From Moniliella sp. 'wahieum' (Eukaryota): DNA of 64,000 nt. Where the stretch lies: positions 248,001 to 312,000 of the forward strand of contig RSEE01000080.1 in assembly GCA_003971905.1 (NCBI GenBank). The letters run 5' to 3'. The position numbers and the translations under genes were made by a program. Positions 1 through 13,878 of the stretch are shown here, in pieces. The notes beneath the pieces were generated by a model, which was not told the DNA's origin, did not search any database, and worked only from the letters and a program-made list of their open reading frames with translations. Position 1 is the first letter of the stretch, and each line of letters begins with the position of its first letter.

Positions 1-511
1 CACCAACACATTTTCACCAATCGTTTGCCGGAACACTTCGACTTTGAGTACGTCGGCAATGATCTCCTCCGTTTCCCGGTCCAGGTCGGGGTGCACCACC
101 GCCACATAGTCTGAACCATCATTCTCCAAAGTCAGTCCCGTACCCAGGGAAGAAAGAGAGTAAAGGCGACGTACCGTTGCATGCAATCACATTGCCCAGC
201 GCGGATAACCGTTCCTCGACCCGCTGGATGGCGACCGAGTCTGGGAGGGAGTTGCGCAGGGTGTTGCTGCAGTTCCTGGTCGGTGGTCGTGCTGGGCACA
301 AGGAGACCGTGGCGGTTGCCAACTGTCAAGCGGCCGACCAGGCGCGTGCTTGCAATGGAGCAGTGGATCACCGGCACCACATCGCCCAGTTCCGCCTCAA
401 ACGTGCTGTAAAAGTTGGTGAGCCGCCCTGGGCCACCAGACAGTAGGAGTTGGTGAGGCGCGCAAACACACCAATCTCGGACGAGTTCTCAAAGCGTGTG
501 CGGACGGCCAT
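1..511 (-). CDS. TIF6: Eukaryotic translation initiation factor 6 (60S anti-association factor), 5' part; runs off the window start
   Basis: [31 protein letters not shown], then [62 protein letters not shown] across frames; intron around 110-175; frameshifts present. Confidence 0.95.
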
Positions 512-803
512 GGTGTAGATCCCAAGAGGTCGGCAGTGGTGGTGGGCAGAGACGGTTGGGCGAAAGCGGACGCCTTCGGGCCTGTCACGGGAGGGCGGGG
601 GTGGGGGACGCCGAAAGAAATGAGAAAAAATGAGGCAGATCGTTCCGCCGCGTCGGGCGGTTCCGCTCGCAGCTGCCGGCACGAGACCTGTGAAGCTTTG
701 AAGCGGGGCCATTCGCCCGCCATTCATTCTCCTGGGCACCTTCCCGTTGGAACCGCACCACTACCATCCCGCCCTGAGCCACTCGAGTCCCTGCGGTGCC
801 CAC

Positions 804-1265
804 ATGGATCGTGCGTTTGTGCCGCTGCATATATGCCAATACACACCGTGCCGCTGAACCCTGATTTTCCCCTCAGTCTCCACCTCTCTCCGCCGAGCAG
901 GCGTCGATGACGCGCATCATTGAGCAGAAGCAGATGAAGGACTTTATGAACCTCTACACCGGCCTGGTCGAACGCTGCTTTGCGTCGTGCTGCAACGACT
1001 TTACCAGCAAGGCCCTCAGTTCTAAGGAGGACACGTGCGTTGAGCACTGCACCACCAAGTTCCTCAAACATTCGGAGCGGGTCGGGGCACGCTTCGCGGA
1101 AGAAAACGGTACGTTTGATTGCCACCCTAGTCTGTGGGGGTTGCCATCCACGGGAAGGGGTCGCGCATGTGAATCTTCAGTGACTAGTGACTAGGGACAC
1201 GAGACTGACTTCCGCCCCTCTCTTTGCTTACTCCAGCCAAACTCATGTCCCAGCAACAACGTTAA
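804..1265 (+). CDS. TIM9: Mitochondrial intermembrane-space small Tim chaperone Tim9
   Basis: [65 protein letters not shown] with twin CX3C motif; probable introns 811-877 (GTGCGT..CAG) and 1109-1236 (GTACGT..CAG); last exon KLMSQQQR*. Confidence 0.93.
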
Positions 1266-1339
1266 CAACCGCCTGCATAATCAACGGAGAGGGAAATGAT
1301 CGATGGATGTGACCTCACATCTTTTTGTATATAGATGCA

Positions 1340-2450
1340 GGGCTTGAGCAGAGTCTCACCTCTGTTGACCAGCTCGGTCTGGTGGAATCTGTTGCTCAGC
1401 GTGGATCGGGTCCCAGTTTGGGTCGCGCCGCCAGGTTGGCCGAACCAACTTGTTCTCCTTCATGGGCAAACTCAATTTGTAAAGATGGTTTTGGACTGCA
1501 CATCTTCCAAGCGAAAGGTAAAGCCTAAGGGGGTAAGGAGGTCAATAAAGCCCTGGCTGGAGACCAGAGGAAAGATCACCTTGTCCATCAATAGTGTCCT
1601 ACTACATACCTCAACATGCCAGTCCCATCAAATGAGGGGCTATACAAAAAAGGCGCACTTGAGCCATGAATGCAGCATGCTTCGACAAACATGCTCACCA
1701 GTATACCTATGAGAAAAGGGAGAGGCGAATGCCAGCTACGTCCTCCACCGTGGCACTTGCGACGGATGTGAAACCTTCCCCGCTGCTTTCAACTGTTCCG
1801 AATCAGCCGTCGCCAGCCAGGAAAGGGGATGCGAGCACCCGCATGACAGCCGCCAATGATCCCATCTTCGCTGTCCAGCACACAGATATCGTAGGGAAAA
1901 ACGGTAGCCCACGTTTCGTTGGCCAATTCTCGTGCTAGCGCACCCACCCAAATCTGTAATCAGCACATGGTGTTACCTTTGGCCTTGCCGTTGCCGTCTG
2001 CAGAACGTTGGCGCATGTGCGTGTGGTGTGATGCGTAGCACAACAGGCTTGACGTCAACAGGCGCAACTGTTCTGGTTGGTTGGCCAAGCCGCTCATTAT
2101 TCAGTACACAGCATCGTCTCAGTGGTTCAGTTGGCCTCAGCGGGAGCGTTTCAGTGGGGTCGTAGTGGTATAGTGTGTTGTCTTGACGTTGGTCCAACAA
2201 GAGCAGGTGCCCGGAAGATTCACTCATTTGAGCGCGTGCAGCTTGACGCGTTTGGCACAGTAGCTCCAGAGATGGGACCGCGGGCGAGGCATCTGGGTTA
2301 TGTTTTGGCCAGCGTTGGATCAGCATCACGAAGGAGGTGGCGCAGGCGATGGCGAGGATGCGCCAGGTGGGCGCGCGTCGGCGGCGGTCACTCTGGCGCG
2401 CGAGAGGCGGAGTGGAATGGGGCGGGGTATATTGCTGCGCACGCGAGCGG
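1340..2450 (-). CDS. Possible unannotated gene encoding a type II membrane-anchored protein
   Basis: Minus-strand RRRRAPTWRILAIACATSFVML (basic residues then a hydrophobic stretch) followed by plausible coding fragments (LYHYDPTETLPLRP, ELANETWATVFPYDICVLDSEDG); no family recognised; boundaries guessed. Confidence 0.25.
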
Positions 2451-2731
2451 AAGGGGCGGAAGGAGAAGGGACGTGGATGCTCCTGGGCTGCGCGCGGCCC
2501 CACCTGGCTGACGTACGCAGGACACGCGCGCCGTGGTGGGCGTGCCGCGAGGGCGGGGAGGTGCCACGTAGCAGCAGCGCGCGGGCAGCCATCCATCCGC
2601 ATCCAGCCTCCGCCCGGCGCCACCTCGCCGCCCGCACCACCACCACCACCACCACCACCGCCATCCCCCTCCCCCTCCACCGCTCCTTTCCTCCCGCCGG
2701 CCACCGGCCTGGTCCTCGCCCTGCCCCCGCC

Positions 2732-5700
2732 ATGTCTGTGCCCCCAGACACCTCCCCTCCCCACAGCCCCCTGGCCGACACCCACCCCCGCACGCTGCTC
2801 CACCCGCTGCTCCCGCCCCGGCCACCGCGCCTGACGCCAGCCTTCTCGTTGATATTTTCGGAGACGCTCCCACCACGGCATCTGCACCGTCCCCTGCAGA
2901 CCAGTTTGACAGCGTGTTTGGCCCCGGCATGGCCGCCGACGCTGCGCCCGCCACCCCAGCCAGCCCAGCCACCCATCCCGCCAGCCCCTCGCCCGATCCG
3001 GATCTCGCTCCTGGTGTCCTGGCTACCGAGGCCTCTGTACCTCCCCCTACCGAGTCTTCGGAGCCTACCGCACACCTCGATTCTCTCCCCGTCTCCGGTT
3101 CCGATCCGTCCTTGGCTGATGGACACGTGGCCCAGCCAATCCCTTCTCTGCTCCCCCAGGCAGAGGAGACGGAAAATGGCAACGACACAGAGACCTCCAC
3201 AACCTCTCCCGCCAAGGATGATTCCTTCCGCCATGACGAGTCGCAGGATGGGAACACGACTCCTGAGGCCACGCCTGTTGTCCCTCCTACTGAGGAGGCG
3301 GTTCCCGTGAGCGTGGACGAGGATGAGCATCCTCCTATCGACGAGCAGACCACTGGAAACGACCCGAAATCTGTTTCTGCTGTAGATGAAGCCGAAGCGA
3401 TCACCCAAGAATCTTCTGCGCTTACGGAAGAAGCGCCAGAAGTGCCTCAAACTGAGGTTCCTCAAGCCGAGGACTCGTCTCTCCCCCGGAGATGACCGCC
3501 GCTTCGGCCGGAGAACCTGATTCTCCAGCCGACAAGGCCCTTCCCTCAGAGCCGGCATCCACAAGTTCAGTGAGCCAGGCGAAGCCCAACGGCCAGCCGG
3601 CCGGCAGTCCATCTCGCGACCGGCATACGCGGACCAAATCCGATGCGGGTCGGACTCTAGTCCGAAGCGGCTCCAATGGCTCTGTCACCAGCCTTTCCAG
3701 TGGTCGCAATTCAGCTACCAACATGTCGCGCGGATCGATGGTCTTCATTGTCAATGCACTGGAGACGATTGACAAGAGCAAAGAAGCTCGCAAGAGTGAA
3801 GCTTTGAAGAAGGCTTCCGAGCGGGCCCTTGAGCTAGTGCGCGTTGCCTCATCTTCCACTGCCGCCGCGGCCAGCACGAACAACCTGAGCAGCCTGGGAC
3901 GCTCCGAGAGCGTTCTCGATCCCCGCATCGTTTTGGAGCCATTGCGCTTGGCTTGCGCAACGGGCAACCCAACTTTGGTGCCCATCGCGGTTGACTGCAT
4001 CAGCAAACTGGTCTCCTTCAACTTCTTTGCCGAGGAAGATCCTTTTGAGACGGCGCGTGTCCGTGCACACGAGGGGCGCTCCACTCCTCCACCGACGGCC
4101 TTGGCTGATCTGGTGACTGACACGGTATGCAACGTTTTTACTGAATCAGCCGACGATCGGATCCAGCTACAGATTATCAAAGCGCTTTTATCGATTGTGT
4201 TAAGCAACTCGAGCCATGTCCATCAAGGCAGCTTGATCAAGGCCATCCGTACAGTCTACAACATCTTCCTCTTCTCTCGGAACCCAGCGAACCAGGCGGT
4301 TGCTCAAGCAAGTTTGACTCAGATGGTGCATCACGTCTTTTCCCGCATTCCGAGAGAGGAGGCTGCTGTGTCGGATGCGGACAGCCCTACCCTCGCTTCT
4401 GACGAGCCGCAAGAGGAGGATGGCGAGCAGGTCAATGCCAAGGAAGACGGCGAGGATGGCGCCCCCTCAGAGGAGCCTATGACGCTCAAAGCGCTGGAGC
4501 GCCGCAAGTCCTTCCAAGGTGCTAGCGAGAAGGACACGGCTGCCACTCTTAGTGGCATCAGCGCTCGCGAGTTGTTTGTCAAGGATGCCTTCCTCACCTT
4601 GCGGACGCTGTGCAAGCTCTCAATGAAGCCTCTGACGGCTGACATGGAGCGGGACCCTAAGAGCCAAGGGATGCGATCCAAAATCTTGTCCTTGCACCTG
4701 GTTTATGTCATCATCAAGAACCACCTTGAGGTATTTGCCGACCCCAATGTGGTCATCACCTCCACCTCGACGGGGGAGCATACTTCCTTCATCCATGCCG
4801 TCAAGCAGTACATTTGCCTTTCTCTCAGCCGCAACGCAGTCAGCTCAGTCAACCAGATTTTTGAACTGGCTGTCGAGATCTTCTGGCTTGTCATGGACGG
4901 CCTGCGGGCTTTCCTAAAGGTACGTTGATAGGCTGACCAATGTCTTCGGGGTGGGCAACTGACTGACCTTGTTCTTCTTCTGCAGAAAGAGATTGAGGTC
5001 CTGCTCAACGAGATCTTCCTCCCCATTCTCGAGATGCGCACGGCCACTGCCACGCAGAAATCCATTTTGCTCAGCGTGCTGATTCGTCTGTGTCGCACGC
5101 CGCAAGCGCTGGTGGAGATTTATATCAACTACGACTGCGATCGATCGGCGCTTGAGAACATTTACGAGCGCTTGGTCAACATCATCTCTCGCATCAGCCA
5201 GACCCAGCCGGGCCCCACGCTCAGTGCTCCCGAGCCACTCCCTCTTACCGCGCTGCAGCGAGGAGACGAGCCTGGTTGCTGCTTTGGCACCGCAACACCA
5301 CCGGTCGATGCCCCCAAGATCCGGCCCTGCCCGTGGAGCTGCACCTTAAGCGGCAAAGCCTCGAGTGCCTGGTTGCTGTGCTCCACTCTCTCGTTCAATG
5401 GGCGAGCCGTGGATCGTTGGAGGAAGAACTGGCGTCTCAATCGATCCGTGTCAGCGTTGACTCGCCCGCCCTGACCCCCACCGAGGGTGGGTCAGGCAGC
5501 CCGTCCCAGCACACCGCCAGCGGATCCTTGTCATCGCTGGTGGACAAATCGCCGCAGGACGACCCTTCTCGGTTCGAGTCGGCCAAGGCTCGGAAGAACG
5601 TACTGCTCGAGGGCATCGACTCTTCAACGAAAAGCCGAAACGTGGTGTTGCCTTTTTGGTCGAAAATGGCTTCATTCGCTCCCCGGAGCCCAAAGACATT

Positions 5701-8700
5701 GCCCCCTTCCTTTTGTACGCCGACGGGCTGGCCAAGGCTCAGGTCGGGGAGTACCTTGGTGAGGGGGATGCGCATAACATTGCCACCATGCATGCCTTTG
5801 TCGACCTGATGAACTTCAAGGGCCTGCATTTCTTGGCTGCCTTGCGCCGTTTCTTACAGGCTTTCCGTTTGCCTGGCGAGGCGCAGAAGATTGACCGCTT
5901 TATGCTCAAGTTTGCTGAGCGGTATGTGATGGGGAACCCAGGCGTCTTTGCCACCGCCGACACGGCGTATGTGTTTGCCTACTCGATCATCATGCTCAAC
6001 ACAGACGCCCACAATCCCCAAGTGAAAAACCGCATGTCGCTCCAAGCGTTCATCCGCAACAACCAAGGCATCGATGATGGCAACTCGCTCTCGGAAGATT
6101 ACCAACGCCAAGTGTATGAAAGCATTGTGACCAACGAGATCAAGATGAAGGACGAGATGTCGTTGGCTGTTGTGCCGGCTCCCCCGCCATCACGGGATTT
6201 ATTGCTGGTGTGGGACGGGACGCGAACCGGGCGGCGTACGAGCTCCAGACGGAAGGTATGGCCAACAAGACCGAAGCGCTCTTCCGCACCATGGTCCGTG
6301 CTCGCCGTCGTGCCGGGCCCGAACAACGCGCGGTGGTGGAGCGCTTCTTCTCTGCCTCGCACATGGATCATGTGAAGCCCATGTTCGAGGTTGCTTGGAT
6401 GCCCATCCTGGCCGGCATTTCGGGGCCGATGCAAGAGACGGGCGATCTGGAGATTGTCCAGCTCTGCCTTGATGCGTTTAAAGATGCGATTCACATCTCT
6501 TGCCTCTTTGACCTTGAACTGGAGCGCGACGCGTTTGTCACCACCTTGGCCAAGTTCACCCTGCTCAGCAATTTGGCCGAGATGAAGCCCAAGCACGTGG
6601 AGGCGATCAAGTGCTTGCTCGGTATTGCCCAGCGGAGGGAAATTACCTCAAGGGCTCGTGGCGTGAGCTGCTCATGTGTGTTTCCCAGCTCGAACGGTTC
6701 CAGCTCATTAGCGGGGGTGGACGAACGCCAACTTCCCGAGCTAGGCCGCCGCCGAATTACCACCCCGTCTCGTTCCTCGACTAGCGGCAACTCCCTCACC
6801 CGCACCTTGTTCAGCACAGCCATCGCTGAGCCCAAACCCTCGCGTCTTCCAACGGTGGATGTAGTCCAAGCCGGTGCCAGTGCCGAAGTGACCGTGGCAG
6901 CCGATAAGGTGTTCAGTCAAACGCCGCAGCTGTCGGGTACGGCGATTGTCGACTTTGTCCGAGCGCTTTGTAGCGTGTCGTGGGAAGAGATCCAGTCGAG
7001 TGGAATGACCGACTCGCCCCGTCTGTTTTCGCTGCAAAAGTTGGTCGAATCTCGTACTACAACATGAACCGCATTCGGATGGAGTGGTCCCAGATTTGGT
7101 CCATTCTGGGTGAGCACTTTAACAATGTGTTGGTCACCAACCAGCTCGCCGTTAGCACGTTCGCCGTCGACTCACTCCGTCAGCTGGCCATGAAGTTTTT
7201 GGAAAAGGAGGAATTGCCCGGGTTTGCCTTCCAGAAAGACTTTCTTCGTCCCTTTTCGTACGCGATGCGCCATTCACCCACGTGGAGACGCGGGAAATGG
7301 TGATTGACTGCCTTTGGCAGATGGTCCAAGCTCGCTCTGCTAATTTGCGCTCGGGATGGGCGTCCATTTTCCTCATTCTCTCCGCTGCAGCCCAAGACAC
7401 ATCGGGTACGTGCTGCTGGTCTTGTTTTGCTTTTCTTCGACTGACCCTTCTCGCCTGCCTCAGAAAAAGTCATGTTGCAAGCATTCGAGCTGGCCCAGGG
7501 ACTCTTCGAATCGCACTTTGTCGACATTCTCTTCCACAGCTTTGCTGACTTCACCTCCTGCCTCGCGGCTTTCTCCCAAAGCAGGGCCCAGCGCGTATCT
7601 CTCCAGGCCATTGGTGTGCTGCGCTCGGTCATTCCGGCCATGCAACGTCTTATCAAGTCGGCAGAAGGGGAGGTTGTGGAGCGTTTGACTGGTGAGGACG
7701 CTCAATTGTACTGGTACGCCGTCATGGCTGCGTTCTACGAGATTGTCATGAAGGGTGCCGACCTCGAGGTACGCAGGGTGGCGCTTGACTCGCTGTTTGA
7801 CATCATCTCCAAGCACGCCAAGGGTTTGCTCCCGCGTTCTGGGACAAAATCATCCATGAATTGTGTTTGCCATCTTTGATGTGCACAAGGGACAGAACCT
7901 TCCGGCTCAAGAGGACACGACTGTCTGGCTGAGTACGACGATGATCCAAGCGTTGCGGAATCTGATCGAGCTGTGGAGTTCGTACTTTGATACTCTCCAG
8001 CCCTACTTTGCCGAGCTTTTGGACTTGCTCGAGACGTGCATTTGCCAGGAGAACGACACGATCGCTCGCATTGGCACGAGCAGTTTGCAACAGCTCCTCC
8101 AAGACAATGTCGTTCACTTTACCGATACGCAATGGGAGCAGATCGTCGACACAGTCATGCGCCTGTTTGACGCTACGACAGCCAACCAGCTCTTTGATCC
8201 AATGCTCATCTCCACTCCACCTCTACCCCGCCTGCCGCTACCCCAGCAGAGGAAGAAGAGGAGTCGGGTGCATTCCCGCGTCGCTTGGCTGTTGAGGGAT
8301 CCAATGGACTCAAACGTCCGCTCACCTCCCCGGAACGGCGCAGGGTGTTCAAGCAAATCATCATGCGCTGCGTTCTGCAACTCTTGCTCATCGAGACGGT
8401 CAACGAACTGTTGCAAAACGCTGGATTTTACCAGCGCATCCCCCCCGCCCAATTGCTTCGTCTGCTGCGGGCGCTGCAGGACAGCTACTCGTTTGCCAAG
8501 CGGTTCAATACGGACAAGGACCTGCGAGTGACACTGTGGCGGTTGGGCTTTATGCGCCAACTGCCCAACTTGCTACGGCAAGAGAGCACAGCTGCCTCGA
8601 CGTTGGTCTCGCTCTTGCTGCATATGCTGCGCGACGACCGGCCTGGCCATCTGGCCACGCGGCCGAAGTGCTCGGTCGGTTTTGTTCCGCTCGGGGAAGA

Positions 8701-9743
8701 GATCGCAGGCAACTTCCTCACGCTCGACGTGGAGACCCAATCGCGCAACATCAATGCCTGGATGCCTGTCGTGGCGGAAATTTTCACTGGTGTCGCAGCG
8801 TTGACGGACGAGGAGCAGGCACCAGCGACGCGCGAAGGAATCGATGCCGCGCTCCATACGTTTTCCTTTTTTGCCCCCGCTTTTTCCCTTCGGCAGTGGA
8901 GTTGGTCACCAAGCCCGGCCTCTCGCCCGACGTGCTGGCCAGTCTCCGTGCCTTCTTTTACCAGGCCGGCGTGATCAGCGGCCTGTGCGCCGCCACGCCC
9001 AAGGCCTCCGTCGCGGCCTTGGAAGTTCTTGGACCCCTCTCGCCTGTCCTCGAGATGCGCGAGCCCTCGCCTTCGCCCCGACGCCAACTGTCTGCCGCTG
9101 TCTCCACGACCGAGGACTCGGTGGTGCTGCAAGACCATGACCCGCAGAGGCCAGACGAAGCAGAAGCGGAAACGGATGCGGAAACGGACGCTAAAGCTGG
9201 TAGGACAAGCGGATCAATGTTGGAGGCGAGGTGGCGGAACCGCCTTTGCCAATGGCCGCCACCCAACTCTCCCTACCCGCTGAGCCCAGCACGTTTGGCA
9301 CCCCTGTCTCGGCCGCCGTGCCAGGCCCTGGGTTTGAACAGCTGGCGCAGCCCGAGGCAGACGCTCAGCTGGTAACGATTGCCTCGCCCGAGGTGGAGGC
9401 AGGCTCGCTCCTCTTGCCCGACAGGCAGCCGGCCACGGGGCAGGAGGTGGCGCTGCACCCGGACCCCGTTGCTGCGGAGCACGAGGGTGGTGTGCATGCC
9501 GAGGCTGACCGGGCTGAAGGGCAGGCTGACGAGGACCCCCAACCCCAACCCGATGGCGATGGCGATGACGATAGCGATGGCGATGGCCAGCGCCATGATC
9601 CTGGGCAGACGGCCGAGGAGAGCGCGCAGCTCCCTGCAGCGCCTCCCACCAAGCCCGAGCCCGACGACACCGCCCCACTTCGAGACGCAGTCGGACGCGC
9701 GCGTGTCGGAAGAAAAGAGGAGCTGATCGAGCTCGACCTCTAA
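2732..9743 (+). CDS. SEC7: Sec7/BIG-family large Arf guanine-nucleotide exchange factor
   Basis: DCB ([18 protein letters not shown]), HUS ([19 protein letters not shown]), Sec7 domain ([35 protein letters not shown]), HDS domains ([51 protein letters not shown]); intron 4920-4985; start codon uncertain (2732 or 2929); many frameshifts. Confidence 0.96.
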
Positions 9744-10000
9744 GCGTGGCGAGACAAGTACTACAGCGTACTACTAGGTGCTACTAGGTCCTAGGTCCTA
9801 TTCTACGTCCTACGCCCGCGGGGGCTACTGCTGCCTGCTCTTGCCCATAAAAGTTGCATACCTCGTTGGAAGAATCTATGTGTTGGTCGCACCCAGCCTG
9901 GGCCGGGGGAGTAGGGTGGGTCAGGTCGTATTTCTGCGTAGGTTCATTCTAGGGGAAATCTGAGCGTGGCACAAATACGTCCTCGCTTCGCCCTGTGCGA

Positions 10001-10028
10001 TCGATGGTCGATGGTCGATGGTCGATGG
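10001..10028. repeat. Tandem heptamer (TCGATGG)4
   Basis: Four exact copies read directly. Confidence 0.9.
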
Positions 10029-10268
10029 CCCAGTACTACGGCACTGTCGGTGTTGCCGCCGGCAAGGATGGGGGTGCGAGGGAGGACGCAGCGTATATAC
10101 TGTTGGGGTGCGTCGGGACTCGGTCATCTGGAGGCCTGCCATGACAGAGTCATGCTAGTCATGGGTATAGAGCAACGGGGGTGAGAATCTGTCTCGTGAG
10201 CAGCCGAAGAAAAACAAAGAACAGACTCCTTCAAGGGGGATCGTAGCATTAGTTAGTGATGCTGTACA

Positions 10269-10353
10269 GCCTCGCTATTTCAATCGGTAGAATTTGAGAC
10301 TCTTACTGGAGAGGTCCATCTCACGGTTGTGGGTTCGAGTCCCACGTGGGGCG
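10269..10353 (+). tRNA. tRNA-Lys(CTT) with 12-nt intron (10306-10317)
   Basis: Acceptor GCCTCGC/GTGGGGC, anticodon stem TGAGA/TCTCA around CT-CTT-A, T-arm GTGGG-TTCGAGT-CCCAC, followed by a T-run Pol III terminator. Confidence 0.92.
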
Positions 10354-12111
10354 CTTTTTTTCTTCGTCTTTCCTTTCTCTTTTTGGTCGTTTTGTTAGAC
10401 CAACCGCCGTCGTTGGGTGTTGTTGCTAGGAAGTCTGCAGCGGGCGAATAGCTGTGATGCTCCGCTATCGACAGCCTGCCCTGGGGCGTGACGTCACGCG
10501 CAATGCATGGCTGTGTGTATGACCTGTTGGGTACCTGTCGAGGATGCAATTTACCGGAACCCCGAAGCGCAGACCCACAGCAGCCACAAAAACCACCACC
10601 CACACTTGTTGCGCCCACTAATGACCATGACCGGATGACCAATGATTAATGATGGGCAATGGTGCAGATGAATAACGCACGTTGAATGAATGACCGGGAC
10701 CGGCCGAGCCACCGGACCTAACGCGTAACGGGTCTGCGACATGTGAGGCCAGGAAGCGGTCGCGCCCATCCGCGTATAATAATGGCGCAGCCTACGTTGC
10801 AGAACACAGCGACTAGTGACTTGACTGACCCTGGCCCCATTTCAGATCCCGACTTGGCACGTTTTGTAGAGGCCCACTGTGCCAAGGCCCCAAGGCCCAA
10901 TACTCGATCAATGCCCAGCCCATACACACCCAGCCCCGCCCAACACATACCCCATCCGGCCTGGAGAGATGGCCAGGTCGCGCGGGCGCTGTATGGGCGT
11001 TGTGTGGATCTGGGATCTTGTCTGTGCTCGCCGGTTATCCACATGTGGACGCGGGATGGGAATAGCATGACGGGCCAATGCGACAGCGCAACCGGTTAGC
11101 TAACCGGCTGGTGGGTAGCGGGCAGCGGGTAGCGCTTAGCCTAAGCGCTTAGCGGGTATGGGCGGGTGTCGAGTATCGGTGTATGATTGAGATGACTCGA
11201 TGACTGGTGACCGGTGAGTCGGGGACTATGTCGGTTGGGTAGTGCGTGGGAGCGTAGAACATCGTTCGCGCTTAGACAGAGCACGAGCGGCCGCGCGAGC
11301 GCGAACGGCCTGGTTGTTCCTACGCCGATCTCCGGTGCTGCCACAGGGCCAGTGTTGGTGGAGTCCCACACCGCACCCTCCTCCTGCCACGTGCCGCCCT
11401 GTGCTCAGGTGGCAGGAGGGCAGTCGGGGGAGCGTGGAGACGCGCCAGGGCAGTCGCCGCCACGGCCGAGTGGGCACTGGTGCCTGGGCGTTCCTCTTTG
11501 CTCTGGGCAGCCAGGGGAGCGCGGCAGAGGGCGGGTGTGATGCCGTGATGGTGGGAACAGCACACGTGCCCCCGAGCGCAACCAGCAGCGGGAACTGCCC
11601 CTGTGCGGGGCGGCCCGTACCCACTGGGCAGGCGCCCGTCCAGTGTCCATCGGCGACTTGCGTGGTGCGTGTGACATGGGACATGGCGCATGGCGAGACG
11701 CGCGGTGGTTACATGTTGCAAGGCGCTGGTTGCACTAGCACGCTAGTCATGAGTTACTAGTTACATGCACTGCTGGTGACGGCGGCGATGCTCGCACAGT
11801 CGTGTGCTGCCTGGCCCGATCCACACAGGCGGTGTGCCCGTCTGCGTGCGCCCGTAGCCGTGCCGTCGCAGCTGGGCGAGACGCTGTTGGGTGGTGCGTC
11901 GCAGCCGCTGCGGCTCCTTCGCCTGCATGTCGCCCCGGCGCTGCCCTGCGACGCCCCCTGGCAGCCACGGCTGCATCCATGCAGCAGCAAAACACAGCCG
12001 AGCCGCAGCTGCGTTTAAGCCAGCCGCTTCCTTCTCTTCTTCTCCTCCGCTCCTCTCCTCTCCGCTCCTCTCCTCTCCCCTCCTGTCCTCTCCTGTCCGC
12101 CCGCCTTGTCC

Positions 12112-13878
12112 ATGTCGGCCCGCTCCCGCTCCGCCTCCGCCATTGCCATCTGGCTCCCCACCGAGCCCAGCAGCGAGGTGGACGAGACCGACGGCGTCCG
12201 CGACTCCATCACCCCCTCAACTCCTCCCCGCCTCCCGCCCACCCGCAGCCCAACAGATGGTGGAGGCGCTCCCCCCCGCCCCGGGCTACTCCCGCCTCTC
12301 TCTCTCCTCCCGTGGGTCCACCGACAGCGACGATGAGGCCGAGGAAAAGTCACCCACACTCCCTACCCATACCCGGCGCCCACCCCCCTTCCGCCCTCCC
12401 CATCTCCACCTCCATCCCCATGCGCATCATCCACCACCCGTTCTTTGTGTTGGCGCACCGCGTCGGTCGCCCTCTTGTCGTTAGCTGCAACTACCGTCGT
12501 CGTCCTCGGCATCCTCTCCCAGCTCTTCCGCCCCCCGCCCTATAATCTCGTTGCGCCTCAGGCCTACGCCCAACTGCTCCACGACTTTGTCGACAACGAG
12601 CAGCTCTCCCCCAGCCAGGGCAAGCATTGGGCTCGTCCCATCGCGTCTCACCCTCGAACAGCTCTCGGTCCGAATGCAAGGCAGGGAGGATGCCGCCCGC
12701 TCCTGCCGGCCCTGCGCACTGCCAAACCGGTGCCCTACCCCATTGCAGACCACCCGCCGGCCGCCATTCCCACCACCATGTTCAGCTCCGATCGCCTCGC
12801 CCCGCCAGCCACGGAGATGGAAGCGTGGAAGGCGACTTGGAGCAACCTTGGGTTCGACCCCACCTTCATCACCGACGATATGGCCGATGCGTTCGTAACC
12901 AGCTACTTTGGTGCCAACACGTCCGATGTGCCCAGTGCAACGGAACAGGCCTGGCGTGCGTTGCCACGGGGCGTCCTACGCGCTGATTTCCTCCGCTACA
13001 TTCTTCTTCTCGTCCAAGGCGGCACATGGGCGGATATGGATGTAACTCCGCTTGCGCATCGTGACAGCTGGGCCGAGCCAGACACGCGATGGGTCCCCAC
13101 CCCGGATCCGAGGCATCTCTCGTCAAAGGGCCACTGTCCTCCTGCGGACCTCGCCCCGCCCCCCCAGAGCCCATTCGGCTTGTGGTCGGGCTGGAGTGCG
13201 AACCGTGGACGTACTTTCTCCATAGTGCACGCGGATGGCTCGAATCTCTCCACATTCTGCCCATGAACCGTCACAGGCAAGTCCAATTTACCCAGTGGGC
13301 CCTGCACCGGCGCGGGCCACCCCGTCTTGGTCGATGTACTACGCCGGATGCTCAAGGCCGACACGCTCTACTCACTCGGCCTACCAGTCCAACATGCCCA
13401 TCGGGTCTCGTACCCCGTCGCGGCCGATGGCGCCCGTCTCGCGCCGGCCCCCAACGCGCATCCGTGGACTGACATTGGCGCCGCGCGGCAATGGACCTCT
13501 CCCATGCCCCTTTACCCCCGCCTGTCCGAGGGAGAGGCCGACGTGCCCGCGTGGCTGCGCTGGCCTCTGTGGCCATGGATGTGGCCCTGGCCTCGATTCG
13601 GCTGGCATCCTCTCAGCGTGGAGGAGTGGACTGGACCGGCAGTCTGGACCGACGCCGTGGTGAGTTACCTCTATGCCGTTGGTGGCATCCGTCCCCGCGA
13701 CCTGTACGGTCTTTCGCATCCGGTCCAAGTGGCCGACGTGCTCATCGCGCCTTCCTCCTGGTTCAATCCGGACCACCGCCGGTGGCACCAGGCCAAGCTG
13801 GTCCACAATTTCCGCGGGTCATGGAAACATGGCGCGGACAGCGTACCGGCCAACCCGCCGCCCAAGCGGTCCCGATGA
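12112..13878 (+). CDS. GT32 family (OCH1/HOC1-like) alpha-1,6-mannosyltransferase-like type II membrane protein
   Basis: TM segment VALLSLAATTVVVLGIL; LPRGVLRADFLRYILLLVQGGTWADMD (DXD motif); LVVGLE, QFTQW, EWTGPAVWTDAV, LVHNFRGSWK; start may be 12257; frameshifted. Confidence 0.85.

Noticed and set aside
10400..12100. Many overlapping GC-rich ORFs in the long intergenic region
   Set aside because: Low-complexity translations with no recognisable motifs; expected at this GC content.
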